Origin: Histomonas meleagridis 2922-C6/04-290x
Lineage: Eukaryota > Protista > Parabasalia
Reading direction: 5' to 3'
Assembly (NCBI GenBank): GCA_020184695.1
Contig: JAANOX010000045.1
Location: 62,001 to 126,000 of the forward strand
Length of the DNA: 64,000 nucleotides
The position numbers and the translations under genes were made by a program. The notes under the pieces were generated by a model. That model was given only the letters and a program-made list of their open reading frames with translations, was not told the DNA's origin and made no database searches. Below, piece after piece: positions 55,578-64,000 of this stretch (positions are counted from its first letter, which is position 1; every line of letters begins with the position of its first letter).

Positions 55578-58559
55578 ATGTTTCTTCACAAAACCCTGCA
55601 AAATGATACACAAATAACAGGAATCGCAGGGATATGTGATATTGACAATGATGTAACATCAATAGCAATTGCTCAAGGATGTAATTTAAATATTGTAAAT
55701 CCCAAAAATTTTCAGATTACACAAACTTATCCATTTATGTCACCAATTGAAGTTTTAGCATATGAAAAATATTCACAATCTACATTTATTCTTCTTCGAA
55801 ATTATAATTGGTTTATTTTCAAACTTCCTGAATTAATTAAAACAGGCTCATTATTTGCTCCAATTTTTTCAAGTCCTCATCGTTCTTTATTACCACGAGA
55901 ATCCGATTTAACAGAACCTCCAGCTGCCTCCACTCCAGTTGCCACGGCCATAATTCGGTTTAATGAGAGTCGAATTCTTTATGCAGTTCATCCACATTAC
56001 ATAGCTCTGCGTGTTCAGCAAAGTTGTATTCATGTCATTCCAATTGAAGGAAATAATGAACCATTTATCATTCCAATCTTACAATCCAACATAGTTGACA
56101 TGGCTTTTTTAGGACCAGTTTCATGTTCCACCCGACTTTCATTCATATCTGACTCTCAAACTGGCGATCGTTTACTATCTGTATATTCTTTAAATGATAC
56201 ATCCACCGAATTCTCACTTGAATTCACAGTCAACTTACCAAACAATGCCCATTCGTTATTACCATTACATCCAGAATTACATTCCTCCATAGTTGTGTTT
56301 ACACGCGATGGAGTTATTCGTATTACAGCACCCGAAGGCCTTTCTCAAACAGTTGAACATTTATCAGCGTTTATGCCACCATACATTGTACATCATTGTC
56401 ATTTCTTTGATGACATCTATTTAATCTGTGATTCCTGTGGCGGATTAAGTGGTGTTTCATTACCTGTTGAAGGTACAGTCACAATTGAATCAATGAAAAA
56501 CGTTGGCCCCACAAGTGGAATCATTGCAATTAACAAACAACATTTTTTTGTAGCGTCACCATTTGGTGATAGTCATTTTTATGAGTTTATATTATTAGAA
56601 AATTCGTTTTTGCTTAAAGAAATTGGAGTTATTCATAGTAAAGCAATTGTGTCTAATTTACAAGAGCTGAATGGTGAGATATTTTGTAACTCTGGAAGAT
56701 CTAATTCATCTGAGATTAATATATTTGAGAAAGCTTTAAATGTTAAGAAAGAATGGAATATGAATGTTGGTGAATGTGTTAATATTTTTTGCTTTTTAAT
56801 TGGTGAAAAAGTTTTTATTTGTTTAAATTATTATAATCAAACAAATTTGATAGAATGTGATATCGGAAGTAATAATATAAATAATATTTATTGGAGTGAG
56901 ATACAAAATGATAAAGTTACTTTAATGTTTGAAAAAATAGAAAATGAGTTAATTTTATATGCAAATGATACAAAAATTGTTAAATTCGATGAAAAAATGA
57001 AAATTTTAAATAAAATCGAAAATGAAAATGTAAATTTAATATCAAATTCCAATAAATATATCATTTATACTACAAATTCAAATGAAGTTAAAGTAATAAA
57101 AATTAAGAATTTTAAACTAAAAGTAAAATTCGATATAGATGACCAAATTTTATTAATTGCTAATGATGATAATTATATAGCTTTATATTTAATTAATAAT
57201 TTTTTGGCTTTAATTAACATCAACGATGGAAGTAAAGTGCTCAAAAAGTTACCGCTGATCACGTTGAGTTCAATTTGCTTTTTTAATGATAATATTTTAT
57301 TAGGCACAATAAATGGTAATATAGTATATTTAACGTTAGATTTAGAAGTCGAAAGAACAATTGAGTGTAGTGATTTTGATGTCAAACTTCAAAAATATCA
57401 AAATGAAATTATCTCAAATGGTAATCCATCATTTGAAATTCGGGGAAACATTCGATATTTTTATAACTTATGTACAAGTGAAGAAATTCATAAAGTAACA
57501 GAAGACCTAATTTTGTGTCTATATAAAGATGAATTAACATTATATCGAATTTTACCTAAATCCATTAATGGACTTCTTCGATCGATGTTTAAAGTTCCAG
57601 ATTTATTAAACTTTATAATATTAGAAAACAACGTTGTGATTTGTTTAATCGAAGAGGATTCTAAACAATACATTATAAAATATATAAACTTCGAAGAGAA
57701 TTATCGATATGAAATCCAACAAAGTTTAACACTATTTCAACACATTAAATTTGAAGAAAATGATTTAATAATCATTGGCTATCAATCCGATTATTTCATT
57801 GAGATATTAAACATTGATCTTCAAGTTAAGTGCAAACAAAAATTAGCGAAAACTCCGACATCAGTTTCGATACTCAATGATTTATTAATTATATCAATTG
57901 AAGGCGGAACAATTGAATTCTATTGCATCAAAAACATTAATGAAACGTATGAAATCGAACGTAAGATGATCATTGAGTCACATTATATTACGCCAACATT
58001 ATATATAAATGAAAACGATTATTTGTTTGCAACAGATATATATCAATCATTGTTTGTGTATAAAATAATTAATAATAATAACATAATAAAAGTAACTGAG
58101 GATAATATGGCGAAAGGTTTAAACAAAATCGCTGTGCTAAATAATAATAAAATATTCACTTCCGATTTTAAAGGTTCGATTTATTATTACGAATTTAATG
58201 AAAATGATGGTAAGTTATATGAAAAAGGTTCGTTCCAATTATCATCGAAAGTTTTGTCATTGATCGAATTCGATAATAAAATATTTTACTCAACTGAAGG
58301 AGGTGGAATTGGACAACTTACGGAATGTGATGATGTATTGTTAATGAAAGTAAGAGATGCTTTGGATGAAGAAAATGTCGTTATGTTGGCTGACACTATA
58401 ACACCTGCAATGTTCGAATGGAAACAAGAAAATATATTCATCGATTTGGATAACTTGGAAGTAATTTTGAAGCTGCCGAAAAGATTAATTAATAAAATAG
58501 CACAAAAGGTGGGAATGAATAGAGATGAGCTTGTGAACCATTTACAGAAGTATCTATAG
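55578..58559 (+). CDS. DDB1/SF3B3/CPSF1-family triple beta-propeller protein
   Basis: About 990 aa and beta-rich. Family-typical start (MFLHKTLQ), VASPFGDS, ATDIYQSL and C-terminal FIDLDNL...IAQKVGMNRDELV. Subfamily not resolvable by eye. Confidence 0.7.
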   Translation: MFLHKTLQNDTQITGIAGICDIDNDVTSIAIAQGCNLNIVNPKNFQITQTYPFMSPIEVLAYEKYSQSTFILLRNYNWFIFKLPELIKTGSLFAPIFSSPHRSLLPRESDLTEPPAASTPVATAIIRFNESRILYAVHPHYIALRVQQSCIHVIPIEGNNEPFIIPILQSNIVDMAFLGPVSCSTRLSFISDSQTGDRLLSVYSLNDTSTEFSLEFTVNLPNNAHSLLPLHPELHSSIVVFTRDGVIRITAPEGLSQTVEHLSAFMPPYIVHHCHFFDDIYLICDSCGGLSGVSLPVEGTVTIESMKNVGPTSGIIAINKQHFFVASPFGDSHFYEFILLENSFLLKEIGVIHSKAIVSNLQELNGEIFCNSGRSNSSEINIFEKALNVKKEWNMNVGECVNIFCFLIGEKVFICLNYYNQTNLIECDIGSNNINNIYWSEIQNDKVTLMFEKIENELILYANDTKIVKFDEKMKILNKIENENVNLISNSNKYIIYTTNSNEVKVIKIKNFKLKVKFDIDDQILLIANDDNYIALYLINNFLALININDGSKVLKKLPLITLSSICFFNDNILLGTINGNIVYLTLDLEVERTIECSDFDVKLQKYQNEIISNGNPSFEIRGNIRYFYNLCTSEEIHKVTEDLILCLYKDELTLYRILPKSINGLLRSMFKVPDLLNFIILENNVVICLIEEDSKQYIIKYINFEENYRYEIQQSLTLFQHIKFEENDLIIIGYQSDYFIEILNIDLQVKCKQKLAKTPTSVSILNDLLIISIEGGTIEFYCIKNINETYEIERKMIIESHYITPTLYINENDYLFATDIYQSLFVYKIINNNNIIKVTEDNMAKGLNKIAVLNNNKIFTSDFKGSIYYYEFNENDGKLYEKGSFQLSSKVLSLIEFDNKIFYSTEGGGIGQLTECDDVLLMKVRDALDEENVVMLADTITPAMFEWKQENIFIDLDNLEVILKLPKRLINKIAQKVGMNRDELVNHLQKYL

Positions 58560-58987
58560 ATAAAAAATATATTTTAAAAATAATTATTTGTGTATAAATT
58601 TTCGTTTTGATGAGAAGTGAAGGACAGAATAAAGTTTTGAAAACCATGTTCAAAAATTACGTATTTTTTCATCATATGGTATTCTTCCACACTAACTCCT
58701 TTTTTGTTACAATTATCGAGTTTTTGAATTTAATTGAACGAGATATATATCAAAAACCGAGTTAAAACACTTGACATCTTTTCTCAATTCCTTCGGAAAA
58801 ATAAACTACAAGAATCAATGAAGAAATCACTCATTTGTTCGGACAAAATCATTCATTTTTTCAAAATGCATATGAAGCAGAAATTATGTTTCATTAAAAA
58901 GATACCTTTAAATATTTTTATGAAAATAAATTAAAAAATATTAATAATTTAGGAAAATTAATAAAGCTTTGTATTATATATAATATA

Positions 58988-60282
58988 GGGTGTTCCACCC
59001 CAACCGTAGTATCTCTTTATATAGTATAGATACAACAATATTTTTAATATTAATCAGAACACTAAATTTGATGGGTTTTATTTTTTATTTAAAAATAATT
59101 TTTGTCAAGTCTATCATTAACTAATAATCGATTTTTCTTTAATTGAATGCAAAAAAATGACGTTTAAAATTTTCCCCCATACTAATGGAGCTTGATCAAA
59201 AATCAATCACAATATATCTCGCGATGAAGGGAATGTCAGCAAAAGCGATTCATACCGAAATGGAGATCATATTGGGAGAAGAATGTATTTCATATTCAAC
59301 ATTATGTAAATACCTCAGACAAAGAAGTTTTGATCAAACAATGTCACCTTACATTAGTGAACCGATTACCCCTATTATCGAAAATGTTGATTTAAAAATT
59401 ATGGAAATTTTAGATAAATTTCCATATGCTTCAATAAGACAAATAGCTAAGTTAACAGAGATTCCAAACACTATTGTATATAGGCATCTTGCTGAAAAGC
59501 TTGGCTATGAAAATAAACTTTTAAAGTTGGTTCCACATATACTGACGGAAGATATTAAAAAACAAAGAGTCACTAAATCAATCAAAATTTTAAAGACATT
59601 GAAGATTGCAAGACATAACAGTTATAAATATTTTATAACAGGTGACGAGTCCTGGTTTTATTATGATTATTATTATGTTCGACAATGGATACCACGAGGA
59701 ACACCACGAGGTACAATAAGCAAAAGGACAATTACGCAAAAAAAAAGTAATGTTGACGGTTTTTCGGAATCCCCACGAATTTAAAGTTATTGACTTTCTT
59801 TCAAAGGGTGAAACATTTAATTCACAATATTATGTATAATATATTTTATCGAAACTTTCCAAAAAGAATGGTACAAATCCTAAAAATGACACAAGAAAAA
59901 TTACTGTACATGCCGATAATGCAAAACCGCATACGTCGAGATATACAATCTTATATATGGACTCCAACAAGCTCAAAAGGGCACCTCATCCCCCCTACTC
60001 CCCAGATATAGCTCCTTCAGACTTTTTCCTTTATGGATATGTAAAAGGAAAAATGGAAGGATTTCAATATGAAAGTAGAGAAGAGGTTGAAGAAAAAGTG
60101 ATTTCAATATTATTAAATATACCGAAAGAAACTTTGCAAAGCGTTTTTGACGAATGGGAAATAAAACTTAAAAAAGTTATCGTAACGAATGGAGAGTTTA
60201 TTTAATAAACATTTCATTATTATGAATAAATTTTAAAGAACTTCAAAAATGAGTGAGATACTACGGTTGGGGTGGAACATTC
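58988..60282 (+). mobile_element. Full-length mariner element (1295 bp), DD34D transposase with one frameshift and one stop
   Basis: 28-bp TIRs (GGGTGTTCCACCCCAACCGTAGTATCTC, 2 terminal mismatches) flanked by TA on both sides. TGDESW, HADNAKPH and HPPYSPDIAPSDF with D-34-D. +1 slip in the A-run near 59740 and TAA near 59835. Confidence 0.93.
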
Positions 60283-60599
60283 TATAATCATAATAATATA
60301 TTCATTTTTTGTGGAAGAATCGATGAGAATCAATGATAACATTATTAATGGAGCAGCAATTGTTGGTAATATTTTTTTAGTTTCGAGTTTTCTTAAAAGC
60401 TCACTCTAAACGGTCGCCACAATAATAAAAACTGATTTATCTCATGATAGAATGAATCACTGATATATAAAACATGTTGAATTGCTTATGCAATTACATA
60501 GAAATAATATTTTCAAATCATTTTTTTTTGAAACATAATAGGTCTTTTGAACATGATTGAATGATTAAAATTCGAAAGTACTATTTATTCAGGAAACCA

Positions 60600-61570
60600 A
60601 ACCAAACTTGTTTGCACCTATTTTCGTGATAAATTGTATCACATCTGCTTTTGCTATTCTTTGGTTATAACATTCCTCATATACATCCTATAAGGAGAAC
60701 TTTGAGCATTAATTTTTAATCCTGTTTTTTTAAATGCTAAACGGTTATTTCTCGATATTGTAGCCGTATCTAAAGCAATAATTATGTCATCAATTGTCTT
60801 TGTTTGTGTATTTCCATCTCTTCCATTAATAATCCCTATTAATCTCATTTCAAAAACACCAGAAGTCACTAAATCATAAGGCTTAAAAAGATAAGATAAA
60901 TGCGGATATAATGTAATTAATAAAATATCTTTTTGAGTGATTTCATTTAATAGATCCTCATCAATATGTTGTGAACATAATTTATCGATGTCTGGAAATA
61001 TCACTAATCTAACATATCCCCCAAATATTTCTTCATTAACAAAAGCTGATTCCTGATACCTGTAAATGAGATCCTTGTTTTCACGGATACCATCTTTTAT
61101 TTATTCCTTATCAAGGGTCTTTTTCAATTATGAGAGGTACTATAGTATCACCAGCCATCGGAATTGAAGAAATAACAGTCATTTTTTCTCGCTTATCTTT
61201 ACATAATAAAATACTTTCTGATTATAAATGTTTTGAAAAACAGCGACTCTTTTATTTTTTCTGTCTGCCCAACTTTGACAACCAACTTCATCTATATTAA
61301 ACACCAGTTCAACTGGAACTCCCTTAACATATTTGTTTAGATTTTTAATATGTTTTTGAACATAATCAAAAGGTAATCCAAGTCTTGAACTATTTTATGG
61401 GATAGCTATATCAATTCGAATTTTATCATCATTACGTTTAATGGATTTGTTATGCCAATCAATCGAAACATCGACACAGAATTGATCCATATTATATTGT
61501 CTTAAAAATCCGACTATTATCTAATGAATAAAGAGTAATTAATTCCTTATGAGTTCACTCATTATCATCG
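60600..61570 (-). mobile_element. Degenerate pogo-like DDE_1 transposase related to the 34.4-kb copy
   Basis: ELVFNIDEVG, AGDTIVPL, RYQESA and YPHLSYLFKPYDLVTSG parallel the 34.4-kb element. Confidence 0.75.
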
Positions 61571-61639
61571 GCCTTCCATTTGGTTTAGGTGGAGATTTTA
61601 GATGTTTGGTCAATTTTGATTGATTGCATTCACAAATTT

Positions 61640-62400
61640 TTGCGACCTTTTGCATCGAAAGATGACGAACGAGAATGGCAGTGCAAAAATGAAAAAAAAA
61701 AAGATTGCCGATAAGTTTAACACTAATATTGATTTAAAATCAGTTGTATTATCAAAAGAAAAGTTAGGGTTCAATAATAGACCTTTTATGAAAATTCTAA
61801 AGATATCTGAAGAACGAAAAAATCTTCGCTATCAATTCCCAAATTATGCAAAAGAAGAACTTAATGAAAAGTTATAGTGTTTCCAGATGAACCCCGTTTT
61901 GGGATTATGCTCAACAATCGATATGTGTATATAAAAAATGAAAATTGAATAAAACAGCTTTGCTAGAAAACACAATATAAATAGATTCAATTATGTACTG
62001 GAGAGCTACTAATCCTGGCTATGAGAGCGAATTGATTATTTCATCAAATAGTTGGATACTCGCGAATATATTTCTGTTCTTGAAATAACCTAGTTATTGT
62101 AATCAAGACATGTGATATGAAATAATGAATATGCGGTCGGTTATTTATGCAAGATGGAGCCGAATGCCACAATTTTAAAATTACAATGAATTATCTCCGT
62201 AACAAGGCTCAGCTTGTTCTGGGTGGCTCCAAAATTCATGTGATATGAACCCAATCCAAATGATTTGGTCAATTATGAAAAAAAAAATTAACAAGAAAAA
62301 TAATATGAAAACACTTAAAATCAAAACAAAAGAAAGTAATTATCGCAATTTTGAACATTCGGAATAATCTTTAACAACCTATGATTGACAATCTTGTACA
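61640..62400 (+). mobile_element. Highly degenerate Tc1-like transposase
   Basis: KEKLGFNNRPFMK...SEERK, FPDEPRF-like and YLQDGAECH fragments. Confidence 0.6.
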
Positions 62401-62729
62401 AGATTCTCGAGAATATAGGATTTAGTGCTTAAGGTGAACGAATGTTTATTCGAACATTCTAACATTCATTATATATGGTAAGATCATACTTTGGGTTACT
62501 TTTCGAAAAAATCACTTGTTGGATGAGCCATTCACAAAAATAAATCATTTTTATAAATTGAAGATAGAAGCAGTTGCTGTCCCAAAACTAAGTCGTTGCC
62601 TTACCATTCTCGGATTTGAAAATGGAATTAAAGTTCATAGAGAATGTTTTAGTATTGATTTTATAGGTGCAAATTCATTAATGCATCTAATTAATATTAT
62701 CAAAAATGTTATTCCGACAATTGGTGTTC

Positions 62730-63560
62730 GCCACCTATGCGAAGTTTCAAATTCCAACAAGGAGATATTATAATGTAATTAAAGAACATATCAGTAATAC
62801 GGAAAAACCTACATCTCTACCAGCAAATCTATTACTCACTATAGAAGAAGAAGAAATAATAATCAATAATATACGTAAAGCACAAATTAATAATGATTGC
62901 CTTACAGGAAAAGAAGTCCCAGAATTAGCCTCACAACTATATCAAAAAAAAACAAAAGAAGTACGTGAATTTAATAAAAATTGGTGCTGGAAATTTATGA
63001 AAAGGCATTAAGATAAAATTACAAAAGTGAGTCCGTTTTCAATTAAAGATAATCGTCCTCAAATCAATCAAAATGTAGTTGAGAGATACATCCAAGATAT
63101 AGAAGGACTTATTGCTAATCCACCAATTTCTCAACTTTTGATTAATATCAATGTAACTGGCTTCAATAGAAGACCAGAAAAAGGCAAACGAAAAAATGTT
63201 ATTGTATGTATAGATTGTTACGCATATGCATATTAAAGAGTAGATATTGATTTACATCATATTTCTCTGATCACAGCGATTACAGTTTTTTGTCCATCTC
63301 TGAGACTATTATGTCTTTCAACAAGATAGACTCTTGATGAAGATATTCATAATACATTTATTTTCAGATGAGGTTCTTATTGTCTTACAAGAAAATATTT
63401 TATGACAGAACAATGGTATATTTAGTTTGAAATATTTTTGCGTCATATGTTCGAATGATACGAGAAAATTCGTACGGGCCAAAATATTGTGTGATTATAA
63501 TGTAATGGTTGTTCACCCTATTTCTGGTGAAGAATCATAAACGTTTATGATTCAATTGAA
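62730..63560 (+). mobile_element. Degenerate pogo-like transposase (CENP-B HTH and start of DDE)
   Basis: LLTIEEEEIII...FNKNWCWKFMKRH and ININVTGFNRRP (NxDETG-like). Confidence 0.6.
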
Positions 63561-64000
63561 AAAAAATCGTCGTTGCTATAACGCATTTTCACACCAAAGA
63601 GACGGTACTAAAGTACAACTCAAAAGGGTTGGGACAAGCATTTTCAATTCTATCAGGCAAGTTTTCAATTTTGTCCCAACCGGGTGAAAGTAGATTGAAT
63701 ACTTCTATACATGTTAAGTGAAAAATGATTAAAAAAATATTTATTTTTCTTATTTATTCATTTCTCATTGAGCTCAAAGCAGCCTAGTTGGGCGTAATTA
63801 TGTACGGTTTGGGCATAAGTGCTTTTTTAAGCTTGGACTTTGTAATATATTCATGGCCACAAAGTGGTATCTAAATCACCCTATATGAAGCTGATTCTCC
63901 ATACCTCATTATTGAGTAAAATTCGAGAAACTGAAGATTTCGATATATTTTGTTAATAACCAATTCCGCGAACTGTTAAACCTTGTCCTGCATTATATGT

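Noticed and set aside
63626-63682. 11-bp inverted repeat GGTTGGGACAA / TTGTCCCAACC
   Set aside because: Single occurrence, no target duplication and no link to a defined element end.

Overview
AT-rich eukaryotic nuclear DNA, almost certainly from a parabasalid (trichomonad). Support: TCA(C/T)T initiators just upstream of ATGs, a CCTTT (M5-type) core promoter on a ribosomal protein gene, one classic trichomonad intron (GTATGT...ACTAATACACAG) and BspA-like LRR surface proteins. The species cannot be determined from the sequence alone. Gene-dense blocks (1-29 kb, 39.8-46.5 kb, 50-58.6 kb) encode a chromodomain protein, RPL29, an MLF-like protein, TPR and ankyrin proteins, three BspA-like genes, a PDE-like membrane protein, a PKA regulatory subunit with a 20-copy minisatellite, an ABCA half-transporter, Rab and Rac GTPases, WD40, tetraspanin, MEMO1, START, RTF2 and a DDB1-family propeller. 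These alternate with transposon graveyards (29-39 kb, 47.5-49.9 kb, 59-64 kb) holding Tc1 DD34E, mariner DD34D, pogo-like DDE, a MITE and a tyrosine-recombinase remnant. The most intriguing signal is a set of stop-containing, non-GT-AG spacers at the same codon position of ankyrin repeats at two loci 43 kb apart. Their ends are conserved and their middles vary in length, so they are candidate non-canonical introns. Other highlights: a Tc1 transposase with a C-terminal Myb domain, a steep GC/codon gradient inside the PKA-R gene, and a pseudo-ORF broken only by TGA stops. Several ORF breaks are single-base homopolymer indels that look like long-read errors, so pseudogene calls are provisional.
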